Of a stretch of DNA of 64,000 nucleotides, positions 49,354 to 58,546 are shown one piece after another; the first letter of the stretch is position 1, and each line of letters opens with the position of its first letter. The notes beneath the pieces were generated by a model. That model worked only from the letters and a program-made list of their open reading frames with translations, had not been told where the DNA came from and ran no database searches. The stretch covers positions 858 through 64,857 of the forward strand of contig MFGV01000084.1 of assembly GCA_001778375.1 (NCBI GenBank). Direction: 5' to 3'. The translations under genes were made by a program, and so were the position numbers. The stretch is from Candidatus Firestonebacteria bacterium RIFOXYD2_FULL_39_29. Its GTDB lineage: Bacteria > Oederibacteriota > D2-FULL-39-29.

Positions 49354-50444
49354 ACATACACCCTTTTTATATCTTTATTAATAGCGCAGACAATTTCGTA
49401 AGGTATTGTTTTACATTTCTCCGCAACTTCTTCCGCACTTATAACTTTATTTTTACTCCGGCCGATAAGGAACGCCGTATCTCCGGCTTTTACTTTTGAA
49501 TTATTGCCGAGCTCCACCATAGTAAGATCCATACAAACCCTGCCGGTAACCGGATATTTATTCCCGTTTATCAGAACCTCTCCGTTATTAGAAAGTAAAC
49601 GATTGTAGCCGGAACCATAACCGATCCCGAGAACCGCAATTTTAGTATCCCGTTTTGTTTTGTAGGTGTTACCGTAACTGATATTGCTCCCTTTTTTATA
49701 ACACTTTACCAAAAGTACTTTTGTCTTCCAGGAGAGCGCAGGTTTAAGATTAACTGTTTTATTTTCTTCTTTATTGTTATGCAAGCCGTAGATCATAAGA
49801 CCCGGGCGCGCCATATCAAAGCCGGCTCCGGAAAAATAAATAACGCCTGAACTATTAAGCACATGCTTTAAGACCCCTCCGGACACAAAAAATGAGGAGT
49901 ATTCAAAATCACTGATCTGTTTCCAGGTGTATCCGGGATTAACATCTGAAGATGCAAGATGTGTAAAAACTCCCTCAACCTTGACGTTCTTAAACTCACT
50001 TACTTTTTTATAGAAATTTTCAAAATCCCCGGAAGGTATGCCAAGACGCCCCATCCCCGTATCTATTTCAATATGAATTTTTGCAGTCGTTCTTTGTTTT
50101 TTTGCTTCTTTATCCAGCGCTTTGACAATATCAAGACCGGAAACACTCTGACTTATTCTACCGCTTACAATATCTCTTGCCTGAAAAGGAAAAGCAGAAA
50201 CAATATTTAAAATAGGAAGATCAATACCGCTTGATCTTAAAGCAACCGCTTCCGAAATATCCCCTATCCCCAAGCATTCAACTCCGCCCTTTTCAAGGGC
50301 CCTGGCAACCGGAATAAGACCGTGCCCATAAGCATTATCCTTGATAATGGCGCATATTTTAACGCCCCGAGAAAGCTTTCTCCTTGCTTCCTTTATATTA
50401 TGGAGAATAGCCTTTCTATCTATTTCAACCCAGCTCATATCCAT
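49350..50444 (-). CDS. alr: Alanine racemase
   Basis: AIIKDNAYGHG PLP-lysine motif and GRVCMDLTMVEL, 364 aa, 4-nt overlap with lpxA. Confidence 0.9.
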   Translation of the reverse strand: MDMSWVEIDRKAILHNIKEARRKLSRGVKICAIIKDNAYGHGLIPVARALEKGGVECLGIGDISEAVALRSSGIDLPILNIVSAFPFQARDIVSGRISQSVSGLDIVKALDKEAKKQRTTAKIHIEIDTGMGRLGIPSGDFENFYKKVSEFKNVKVEGVFTHLASSDVNPGYTWKQISDFEYSSFFVSGGVLKHVLNSSGVIYFSGAGFDMARPGLMIYGLHNNKEENKTVNLKPALSWKTKVLLVKCYKKGSNISYGNTYKTKRDTKIAVLGIGYGSGYNRLLSNNGEVLINGNKYPVTGRVCMDLTMVELGNNSKVKAGDTAFLIGRSKNKVISAEEVAEKCKTIPYEIVCAINKDIKRVYV

Positions 50445-50576
50445 AGAGGTTTATTATAGCAGAAATATATGATTTATAGAAGTTCATCTTTTTTATCCAA
50501 AATCTAAGCAAAACGCATATATTTGAAACATATAAGGTTATACATTTGAATAGGATTTCATATAATACAACAAATA

Positions 50577-50605
50577 TTGACGGATACACAATAATGTTGT
50601 ATACT
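50577..50605 (+). promoter_or_regulatory. Sigma-70-type promoter for the AAA ATPase gene
   Basis: TTGACG (50577-82), 17-nt spacer, TATACT (50600-05). AAGGAG RBS before ATG 50667. Confidence 0.55.
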
Positions 50606-50666
50606 ATGCCATAGTACATATTATAGGTATTATATACTTTACTATCGTATAATCAAGGAGAGCAAT

Positions 50667-51836
50667 ATGCAGGAAGTACTAAACAGATATAATCCCTGGT
50701 GGGACAAAGAGTACATTTTCAAAGATATTATCGACAGGCCCTTTGCTTCACAAAAGATCATAAACCACATCGACAGTAAACATATTGTTTTTTTAACGGG
50801 GTTACGAAGGGTAGGTAAGACTACTTTACTAAAATTAACAATAAAGCATTTAATTAAAAGAGGCGTCAAGCCTGAAGAGATATTGTATGTTAGTCTTGAT
50901 GACTATATGTTATTAAAGTACAGTATCCAGGAGATTATTGAGGATTTCAGAAAAATACACAAATTAAGCAGGTCAAAAAAAGTATATTTATTTTTTGACG
51001 AGATTACTTATAAAAAAGATTATGAACTTCAACTTAAAAACACCTATGATTCGGAAAATGCAAAAGTTTTTGCTTCCTCCTCCAGCGCATCCTTAATACG
51101 GCAGAATAAATCACTATTAACAGGCCGCCATTACACCCTTGAGATATTACCGCTTGATTTTAGTGAATATCTGTCCTTTAAAAACATTTCTATCAAAACA
51201 ACTGATTCGCATCTCGAAGCAGGATACTTTGAAGATTTTATGAAGATTGGCGGACTGCCCGAGTATGTTCTTGAAGGCAATATTGAATATCTTAAAGAGT
51301 TGGTCGATGATATCATATTAAAAGATATTGCTGCTTTTCATAATATTAGAAACACCGGTGTTTTAAAAGATTTCTTTCTCCTGTTAATGGAGAGAGCCGG
51401 CAAACAAGTAAGTTTGAATAAAATGGCGCATATTATTAAAATACCTGTGGATAGCGCAAAAAGATATTTTGAAATGTTCTTGTCTACATACCTTATACAT
51501 GCAATACCAAGATTTGGCAAGACTAATGAAACAATTCTGGCTCCGAAGAAGATATACGCGGCTGATCTTGGAATGCGCAACTTATTTACCGGTTTTAGAG
51601 ACAAAGGAAGTTTATTTGAAAACTATGTATTTCTAAAAATAAAAGGACAGTCGCCGGCATATATCTACAAAGACAAAACAGAACTTGATTTTATGACCGC
51701 AGGCAAAACCTTGATCGAGGTAAAATATAACGAAGAAATGAACGAAAAGCAAAAACTTCTATTTGAACAAACAAAAGCAAAAAAGAAATTTCTAGTCAAC
51801 AGTTTTAAACTTGTTAATGAAATCGCCGACAGGTAA
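50667..51836 (+). CDS. AAA_14 / DUF4143-family ATPase with a C-terminal nuclease-like fold
   Basis: Walker A GLRRVGKTT, Walker B LFFDEI, C-terminal ..ELDF..EVKY.. block. 389 aa. Confidence 0.8.
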   Translation: MQEVLNRYNPWWDKEYIFKDIIDRPFASQKIINHIDSKHIVFLTGLRRVGKTTLLKLTIKHLIKRGVKPEEILYVSLDDYMLLKYSIQEIIEDFRKIHKLSRSKKVYLFFDEITYKKDYELQLKNTYDSENAKVFASSSSASLIRQNKSLLTGRHYTLEILPLDFSEYLSFKNISIKTTDSHLEAGYFEDFMKIGGLPEYVLEGNIEYLKELVDDIILKDIAAFHNIRNTGVLKDFFLLLMERAGKQVSLNKMAHIIKIPVDSAKRYFEMFLSTYLIHAIPRFGKTNETILAPKKIYAADLGMRNLFTGFRDKGSLFENYVFLKIKGQSPAYIYKDKTELDFMTAGKTLIEVKYNEEMNEKQKLLFEQTKAKKKFLVNSFKLVNEIADR

Positions 51837-51843
51837 TTTTCTA

Positions 51844-53160
51844 TTATCTCCCGTTTTTTGGGAGGTAAATGCCTTTTTCTATAGATTCCTTGAGTTGTTT
51901 TTCCGCAGAAGCAGGGTTGTCATGTAACCTGTAAAGACCGGTTCCGTCTTTTTGCCAGCTTGTTATTCCAATTACCAGATTCTCTCTGCAAGACTTAATT
52001 GCCGGAATGTTAGTTATATATGAAAAAGCAGAGAACAATACGGTTAAAACTATCAAGTACCTGAAATATTTTCCTGCTGTTTTTTCTTTACTTATTTCTA
52101 CAAATGACAAATATGTCAGAGCAAACATAAATACGGGAATTATTCTATACCTGGAGGCAAAAGCCTGCAATCCAATCCCGCTTCTGGTTATCGCCGCGGC
52201 AATTGCCGTTAGAAAGAAGAAGATAAACATTGTAAAAATTACGGTATTTACTTTGTAATACTTCTTTTTGACCAGAAATATAAAATAGAGGCATAGAGCT
52301 GCTCCGGCTACTGCAGAAATAAAACGTATTATTACTTCTGCGTTATTTCCAAGGAGATTCTTCATATAAAAAACATTGAATATAACCGGAGAACCTATAA
52401 AGGAAAAAAAGAATTCTACAATAGCAGGGAGGGTTCCCGTGTAATAATATTTATAATGATGTATTGGCGTGGTATAGCCGTAAAGATAGCTTAAAAATAT
52501 AAACAGTGCTCCGACTGACCACCACACGGCCAGTTTCTTTTTCTTTGTAATTAAAAGAAAAACTATAATAGAAGGAAAAACCAGCAGGCCGTTCACAGAA
52601 GAAAAGACAGAAAGAACGGCAAAGACAAAAGCCATTAATGCTCTAAAAACACCTTCTTTTTTTAGCAATGCAAGAGCAAGCAAAGAAAAGGCCAAACATG
52701 AGATATTTTGAACCACAGAGGTCGCCCAAAACATAGAGCCGCTAAACTGAGGAACTGCTATTATAAAAACAGCCGGAAGAAAATATTTAAACTTATCTGT
52801 TTTCTTTTTAAAAGAGATGTAAAAGGCATAAATAGCCGGGAGCAGCATAATATTCCCTATAAAGATGAGTATTTTGAAATCTATCACCCCGTTTATTTTG
52901 AATACTGCCAGAGAACATAACCTGTTGACCGCTACTCTGTGTTCATTAAGCTGGGAAAATATGAGAGATACTTTATCATAAACTTTTTCCAGAGAAATAA
53001 ATGAGTTAAGAAAGCCAAGCACGCCGGAGAAATCATCCGCCAAAGGTATGTTTTCCGCAAATAAGTATACAGTAAAATAATACATCGCTATCGGCAGAAG
53101 CATTATGAAGCCGATCAAATATTTTGGAGTCGTCTTTGCTGTAAAAGATTTTTTTCTCAC
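51844..53160 (-). CDS. Polytopic membrane protein (about 12 TM), possibly a GT-C-fold glycosyltransferase
   Basis: 438 aa. Acidic PLADDF in the first predicted outside loop. No firm family assignment. Confidence 0.5.
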   Translation of the reverse strand: MRKKSFTAKTTPKYLIGFIMLLPIAMYYFTVYLFAENIPLADDFSGVLGFLNSFISLEKVYDKVSLIFSQLNEHRVAVNRLCSLAVFKINGVIDFKILIFIGNIMLLPAIYAFYISFKKKTDKFKYFLPAVFIIAVPQFSGSMFWATSVVQNISCLAFSLLALALLKKEGVFRALMAFVFAVLSVFSSVNGLLVFPSIIVFLLITKKKKLAVWWSVGALFIFLSYLYGYTTPIHHYKYYYTGTLPAIVEFFFSFIGSPVIFNVFYMKNLLGNNAEVIIRFISAVAGAALCLYFIFLVKKKYYKVNTVIFTMFIFFFLTAIAAAITRSGIGLQAFASRYRIIPVFMFALTYLSFVEISKEKTAGKYFRYLIVLTVLFSAFSYITNIPAIKSCRENLVIGITSWQKDGTGLYRLHDNPASAEKQLKESIEKGIYLPKNGR

Positions 53161-53681
53161 TAAGCCGTCCAGAGCCAGATAATATCATTTAATTGCCATT
53201 TATTATTCTCTTTTTTAAAAATATATAGATTGCCTTCCGCACATAAGTAGTCATGCATCCCAAAAAGACAAACCATCGCTGCTGTTTTTGTTTTGTCAAA
53301 ACCCGCTCTGGAAACAAGCGTTTCACCTGTAGAATCCGGATACTTTTTATAGAAAGCTTCCCAGCCCGTGGCAGAACTCCCGTCCCCGTCAAAAGCCTTT
53401 TCTAAATCTAAAGCAGTTACCGGTTTTACAGGTTTTTCCGTCTTAACATTTTTGGCTTCTACATTATAAACCTTTTTATTTTTTGAAAGAAAATCCAAAA
53501 GCATCGCCGGGTCAAGCCCTTCCAGATCACCTTCCGGTTCTTTAAAAAACTCTTCATTCTCCAATATAAAATCATTTTCCGTCTCTTGCTGTAATACAAT
53601 ATAATCCGAATCCCCATCATCCGTATAATCAAGCAAAAACCCGAGAAGTTCGTACTCTTCAGCAGTTATAAAATCATCCAT
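53160..53681 (-). CDS. Acidic hypothetical protein (173 aa)
   Basis: Its stop overlaps the start of the downstream membrane protein gene by 1 nt. The N-terminal half is very acidic. No recognizable motif. Confidence 0.5.
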   Translation of the reverse strand: MDDFITAEEYELLGFLLDYTDDGDSDYIVLQQETENDFILENEEFFKEPEGDLEGLDPAMLLDFLSKNKKVYNVEAKNVKTEKPVKPVTALDLEKAFDGDGSSATGWEAFYKKYPDSTGETLVSRAGFDKTKTAAMVCLFGMHDYLCAEGNLYIFKKENNKWQLNDIIWLWTA

Positions 53682-53706
53682 GCTCAGCCTTCCTTTCCAA
53701 ATTTTC

Positions 53707-53795
53707 GTTAAAACGTTACACGTTACTCACGTACCTTGCTAATGTGATATTATTATTTTAGCTGCGCCTCCGCTCATCCGCGCGTCTGAGCCTCT
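53707..53795. repeat. ACGTTAC heptamer arm plus GC-rich heptamer arm
   Basis: GTTAAAACGTTACACGTTACTCACGTACC (compare 32861-32897) ... GCTGCGCCTCCGCTCATCCGCGCGTCTGAGCCTCT (compare 21975-22010). Confidence 0.75.
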
Positions 53796-54498
53796 ATCGC
53801 TTTTCTCCTCTTTTCTTCTCACTTGCTATTATTCTTCTTTTGGCTGTCTCTCCCTTTAATTCTCTTATAGCGTCTCTTGCTATCCAATTTGCTGACTTTG
53901 AATTTAGTTTTAGCAGATCTTCTGAAAGTTTTATGGCAGATTTATTAAGTTTAAAACTCCTTTTTCCGATGTTTCTTAACGCCCAATTTACGGCCTTTCT
54001 GACAAAATTCCTTTCATCCGCAGCGCCTTTAATTATATACGGATATAGCTCTTCAAACTTTTTATCAGGAGAAATAAGATCATGTACCGCAAGTCCCGCC
54101 ATTATGGTAAATCCCGCCCGCTTTTCATATTCCGGTTTTCTTTTTGTCCATTCCCCGGCTTTTTTCCAGGCGAACCGGGTTTGGTCGAAAAGAATCGTTG
54201 TCGCCGCGTCAGTCACGGCCCAGGAGTCAAAATCCTTTATCCAGCTCTCCATCTGTTTTTCTGTTACCTGCAGGGGATCATCTATTATAGAAGCAAGTAT
54301 TTTACCCTCATGACTGCCGGTCTTGTAGAGCTTTAGCGCAAGGAGGTGGTCTGTTCCTATTTTTTTCGTAAGCGTGCGTAAATCTGGCATTGAAAGACCG
54401 TAGGCGTTTTTTACCGTAATACCGAAATACACCATGCCTTTAATGTTGGCTATATTCCTCTTTTTTTTAAAATATGAAACCACTTCCTTTAGCGTCAT
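53794..54498 (-). CDS. DNA alkylation repair (AlkD-like HEAT) family protein
   Basis: 234 aa helical repeat protein with the ERNFVRKAVNWALRNIGKRS block typical of the DNA_alkylation family. Confidence 0.7.
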   Translation of the reverse strand: MTLKEVVSYFKKKRNIANIKGMVYFGITVKNAYGLSMPDLRTLTKKIGTDHLLALKLYKTGSHEGKILASIIDDPLQVTEKQMESWIKDFDSWAVTDAATTILFDQTRFAWKKAGEWTKRKPEYEKRAGFTIMAGLAVHDLISPDKKFEELYPYIIKGAADERNFVRKAVNWALRNIGKRSFKLNKSAIKLSEDLLKLNSKSANWIARDAIRELKGETAKRRIIASEKKRGEKR

Positions 54499-54568
54499 GC
54501 CTAAGTATACTATAATTAGGCCAAAAGTGGAAGAAAACAGGTTGAACCAGCTGAATCATCTGAATCAT

Positions 54569-54633
54569 CTGTGATATCTCTTTTTTATCTTTACTAAAAA
54601 TCCGCCCTATATAATTGGCGGATGTGTCATCAG
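54569..54633 (-). repeat. CCGCC-hairpin dispersed repeat, copy R5
   Basis: The reverse complement reads CTGATGACACATCCGCCAATTATATAGGGCGGATTTTTAGTAAAGATAAAAAAGAGATATCACAG. Confidence 0.85.
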
Positions 54634-54689
54634 CCGGTATTTTTGGCTTTTTTTGGTGTTTTTTTTACGCCTTAATGCTAAAATCTGGT

Positions 54690-55628
54690 ATGACTATACT
54701 GGATTATTTACTTATAGCGCTTTTCTTGCTCTCCGCTATTCAAGTATATATTTTCTTTAGAAATATTAAAGCTCTTTCTATCAAAAAATCCTGGCAGGCA
54801 GAATTGAACGGTTTAATTGACGGCGGGAAATTCATTGAAGCCGAACATCTCGGAATCTCCCTGCTAAAAAACAACGCTAAAGACCCTGATTTGCAATATG
54901 CACTTGGCTACTCTGCCTATAAACTTAATCGCATGGAGGAGGCCTTGACTTATTTCAATAAAGCAGTCTCCTTAAATAAATATTTGGCAACAGCATGGCA
55001 CTTCCTCGGCTATATATGGTTTTATGACAAGAAAGACCCCGCTAAAGCAATAATATTTCTTAAAAAAGCGGTTAAATATGCTCCTTCCCTTTCCCGGACT
55101 TACAACACTCTTGCTATTGTTTTTGATTCTCTGGGAGAAACAAAAAAAGCTTTCTCCATATTAAAAAAATCCGTGAAAAAGCATGGTGAGGATGCAAATT
55201 CACTTAACACACTGGGATTACTCGCTTTTAAACAAAAAGATTTTTTGCTTGCAGAAGAATACTTTAAGCGCAAAATAGAATTAGACCCGTCTTTTGATAC
55301 CTTCTCTAATCTGGGAAATCTCTACTCCATGCAGCTGGAATACTCTGCAGCCGTTTCTGCCTTTAGAAAAGCAGAAGAATTAGAGGGCACTGACAAACAG
55401 ATAAAATACTGGCTCGGATCCGCGTTGTATTTAAACCAGGAATTAAAAGAAGCAGGGGTAAAACTTACCGAGGCAATTGCTTTGGACCAAAACTTTGCAA
55501 AAGCCTATATGCAAAGAGCTTTCGTAAATAAAAAACTAAAAAATGACGAAGCCTTTATCTCGGATTACAACAAAGCAATTTCTCTGGATCCTTCTCTTAA
55601 AGAAAAAGGAGATGACAAAAATGAATAA
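54690..55628 (+). CDS. Membrane-anchored TPR-repeat protein
   Basis: One N-terminal TM helix, then about 7 TPR units (..A...Y..A..LDP....A). Start moved to ATG 54690 because the track start lies inside repeat R5. Confidence 0.7.
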   Translation: MTILDYLLIALFLLSAIQVYIFFRNIKALSIKKSWQAELNGLIDGGKFIEAEHLGISLLKNNAKDPDLQYALGYSAYKLNRMEEALTYFNKAVSLNKYLATAWHFLGYIWFYDKKDPAKAIIFLKKAVKYAPSLSRTYNTLAIVFDSLGETKKAFSILKKSVKKHGEDANSLNTLGLLAFKQKDFLLAEEYFKRKIELDPSFDTFSNLGNLYSMQLEYSAAVSAFRKAEELEGTDKQIKYWLGSALYLNQELKEAGVKLTEAIALDQNFAKAYMQRAFVNKKLKNDEAFISDYNKAISLDPSLKEKGDDKNE

Positions 55629-56088
55629 AGAGTTTGTATGTAAAGTTAAAATATTTGATACATTGGATGAGGCAGAAACAGCAGCTATCATTTCACTTAT
55701 AAAAACAAAAACGTATAAAAAGGGCGAGACCGTCTTTAAGGAGGGAGACACAAACACCTCTCTATATATAATAGAAGAAGGCAAGGTAAAAATTATCAAC
55801 GAAATAACCCGGACAGAATTTAAAACACTCGCAACGCTTACAAAATACGATGCTTTTGGAGAACTTGCGCTTTTTGACAAAGCTCCCCGTTCCGCTTCTG
55901 TTATCGCTTCAGAAACTACAGTTATAGGAATAATAGAAGGTCAGACTTTCGAAAAGTTACTAAGCAGCAACAGTAAGATGGCATCTAAAATCTACAAAGA
56001 AATAATAATAGAAATTGCAGTAAGACTTAGAGCCGGGAATGAAAAACTTCAGGATAATATTACCTGGGGAATGATTGCAAAGTTATGA
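55621..56088 (+). CDS. Stand-alone cyclic-nucleotide-binding domain protein
   Basis: FGELALFDKAPRSASVIA cNMP-binding signature, no HTH. ATG 55621 follows AGGAG and overlaps the TPR stop by 8 nt. Confidence 0.8.
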   Translation: MNKEFVCKVKIFDTLDEAETAAIISLIKTKTYKKGETVFKEGDTNTSLYIIEEGKVKIINEITRTEFKTLATLTKYDAFGELALFDKAPRSASVIASETTVIGIIEGQTFEKLLSSNSKMASKIYKEIIIEIAVRLRAGNEKLQDNITWGMIAKL

Positions 56089-56112
56089 ACTGACGAAGGA
56101 ACCAAGAAAACC

Positions 56113-56820
56113 ATGTTTGAAGATGTATATTGCACAACACATAATGATGTAAAATCCTCAGGTATTTGCTCCGGCTGCGGCAAGCAGTTATGCGCAAATT
56201 GTTCAAGATTTTTTTCCGGAAGGACACTTTGCGAGGTTTGCTTTATAAAAGAAAAAGCCAGAAGCAGGGGTTTTACGAACAATTTACGGTATACTCCGAC
56301 GGTAATCAAGAAAAAAGACTATACAGGAGCTATACTAAAATACTCCGTAAGAATATTATTTCTTGGAGCTATCGCTTATATTGCAATAAACTTTAGCGCT
56401 ATCGTCTCCACTACTGTCAAATACGTTCCGGGAGTTAAATTGGAGGCTGTAACAAAAAATATAGCACAAAAGATAAACCCTTCCGGTAATCCCGACGCAG
56501 TCAAAAAGTTAACCGCTCAAATCGCTGGTTCATTAGTGATTATGCAGATGAATCAATTCATAGGTCCTTTGGAACTCAGCTATCAAACCGAAGGCGGATA
56601 TCCCTCTGATTTTGAAGCCTTTTTAAAACATGGCTTTGAAACTCAGGACAAATCAAAAGACCCGGAAAAAGATATCTGGGGAACTCCATACAGACTGGAT
56701 ATAAGAGAAAACGGTTTCGCCATCATCTCCGCAGGCATTGATAGACAATTTGGAACAGAAGATGATTTAGAAGCCCCCTACAAAAGAAAAGCCCATACTC
56801 CTACCCAAAACATAGAGTAA
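56113..56820 (+). CDS. Zn-ribbon + TM + T2SS-pseudopilin (GspG C-terminal)-like domain protein
   Basis: N-terminal C..H-x10-CSGC-x6-C-x2-C..CEVC, one TM helix, C-terminal DIWGTPYRLDIRENGFAIISAGIDRQFGTEDDL (GspG-like). No prepilin GFTLIE motif. Confidence 0.6.
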   Translation: MFEDVYCTTHNDVKSSGICSGCGKQLCANCSRFFSGRTLCEVCFIKEKARSRGFTNNLRYTPTVIKKKDYTGAILKYSVRILFLGAIAYIAINFSAIVSTTVKYVPGVKLEAVTKNIAQKINPSGNPDAVKKLTAQIAGSLVIMQMNQFIGPLELSYQTEGGYPSDFEAFLKHGFETQDKSKDPEKDIWGTPYRLDIRENGFAIISAGIDRQFGTEDDLEAPYKRKAHTPTQNIE

Positions 56821-56825
56821 CCCGA

Positions 56826-58298
56826 CTATTTACATAAACACTTTTCTATTCTTGCATCGCATTTTTGACACTTTTTAACATTTGCCGTAATCTCCCATCC
56901 CTTTGCTTCCTCCGGACCAAACATCATGAAATTTGCAGCAATTGTTTTACCCGAATAAGACACTTCAGCAGTTATTGTATTTCTTGCTTTGACCTTACCT
57001 GCTGTAATAGAAAAAGCTTTTTTATTTAAACTTGACATTTCTTTATCTTTTACTTCCCAGCCCTTTGGGGCTGTTAAATTAACAGCAGCATTTACGGGTA
57101 AACTATTTTTTAGCACCGAAATCTCGACAGTCTTTGTTATTTCCGGAAGTAATACGGGATCCCCGTTGTAATGCAGAATAATTTTTAGACCCTCCCTTAC
57201 GACAATTGAAGACAAAGGATCTGTCAGGAGTATCTCTCTTGCTTTTTCATTTCTGAAAAGCAGCGATAAGACCTCTTTTGGAAGAACGGTTTTACTCCCG
57301 AATTCCACCGTGTCGGAATACTGTTCGTATTTTTCCGCCAGTTTTAGCATCCTGCCGGACAATTCTTTAATTGTTTTTGGCGAATTAAATTTTCCCGTAA
57401 AAACATGAAGAATTATATTTTCCCCGATAGGTTTCAGCCACTTTTCAGGAATAGCTTTTCTGCCGCCGATTATACCAAGGAGCGACCCGAGGGTGGCGCC
57501 GGTGCAATCCGTATCATACCCGCAATTAACAGCCTTGCACAATTTATCCCCGAAATCTTTTCCGTACAGCCAGCCAAGTATCGTAAAACCGTGGTTTGGC
57601 ACGGCATGGCACGGATGATTATTTCCATACGCCTCGACAATCCTGTTTCTGGCATCCGCCCAGACTATTTTATTTTCAAAACACCAGACTGCGTCACGGA
57701 TAACTCTGGATATTTCCGAGTAGCACGGAATCATAGCCAACCCGATATTAATAAGTGTTTTTGGATCTTTTTCGACAAAGGCTGCGCTCTCAACGGCAGC
57801 CCAGAACATCTCACCATATAATCCTTCCCCGCCTGTATGATCCATTACAGAATCCTTCCAGGCCATTTCGGCAGCTACCTCAGGATTTCCGGGAAAAAGA
57901 CACGCCCAAATCTCGCTTCGGATAGGAGAGCCCATATTGTCTATGTAAAAATTTTCAAAACAACCGGAGATAGGAGGCAGGAGGCCTCTGTCAAGATTTC
58001 TCGCACAAAATCCATACTCGTCCCAGGGATAAATACTCGTATATTTTTTCCAGTATTCCGCAAAATCCTCGATTTCCGGTATTCCTTTTTTATCTTCCAG
58101 AAGCTTAAGCCATACAAGCTGCAGATCAAGATCATCATTGGGAGCCGAACCATTCGGAACCGGAGTGTAAAAATCAAGGCTGTTTAAATATTTTTTACAT
58201 TCATAAGGCGCGCCAAATGTTCCGCCAATATTTTTCCCCAGCCAGCATGCGTACATTTTGTCATAATATTCCTTTTTGCTAAGTTTGATCCTTTTCAT
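56826..58298 (-). CDS. ADP-ribosylglycohydrolase-family protein with about 150 aa C-terminal extension
   Basis: GYDTDCTGATLGSLLG metal-site motif. 490 aa versus about 300-350 typical. C-terminus ends CQKCDARIEKCLCK. Confidence 0.8.
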   Translation of the reverse strand: MKRIKLSKKEYYDKMYACWLGKNIGGTFGAPYECKKYLNSLDFYTPVPNGSAPNDDLDLQLVWLKLLEDKKGIPEIEDFAEYWKKYTSIYPWDEYGFCARNLDRGLLPPISGCFENFYIDNMGSPIRSEIWACLFPGNPEVAAEMAWKDSVMDHTGGEGLYGEMFWAAVESAAFVEKDPKTLINIGLAMIPCYSEISRVIRDAVWCFENKIVWADARNRIVEAYGNNHPCHAVPNHGFTILGWLYGKDFGDKLCKAVNCGYDTDCTGATLGSLLGIIGGRKAIPEKWLKPIGENIILHVFTGKFNSPKTIKELSGRMLKLAEKYEQYSDTVEFGSKTVLPKEVLSLLFRNEKAREILLTDPLSSIVVREGLKIILHYNGDPVLLPEITKTVEISVLKNSLPVNAAVNLTAPKGWEVKDKEMSSLNKKAFSITAGKVKARNTITAEVSYSGKTIAANFMMFGPEEAKGWEITANVKKCQKCDARIEKCLCK

Positions 58299-58323
58299 TT
58301 TGTATTCCTCCTTGTGATTTTCA

Positions 58324-58355
58324 AGTACTAAGCACTAATGACTAGTGACTATTTA
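58324..58355. repeat. Half copy of the TAGTC-heptamer arm
   Basis: AGTACTAAGCACTAATGACTAGTGACTATTTA, directly upstream of the ARH start. Confidence 0.7.
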
Positions 58356-58506
58356 TGGAGCTATAATTATAATACATTATACCGGGTTCTTTTACATGGC
58401 GAAAATTAATATTAATTTGACAGGGGTTAATATCTGCCCAAACTCCAGATACTGAATAATATTCATCTTTATCCAATGAAAATTACTATCTTTGCAGGAT
58501 TTTGGG

Positions 58507-58545
58507 CTGATGACACGGATAAGAGTAAGATATCACAGATAAAAG
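58507..58545 (+). repeat. Deleted variant (R6) of the GATGACAC element, lacking the CCGCC hairpin
   Basis: CTGATGACACGGATAAGAGTAAGATATCACAGATAAAAG (compare R4/R5 termini). Confidence 0.6.
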
Positions 58546-58546
58546 A

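Noticed and set aside
50445-50666. AT-rich divergent region considered as a replication origin (TTATCCAAA at about 50493 resembles a DnaA box)
   Set aside because: There is only a single one-mismatch box, with no cluster and no dnaA/dnaN nearby. The gene strand reverts to minus immediately after one gene, so there is no real strand switch.
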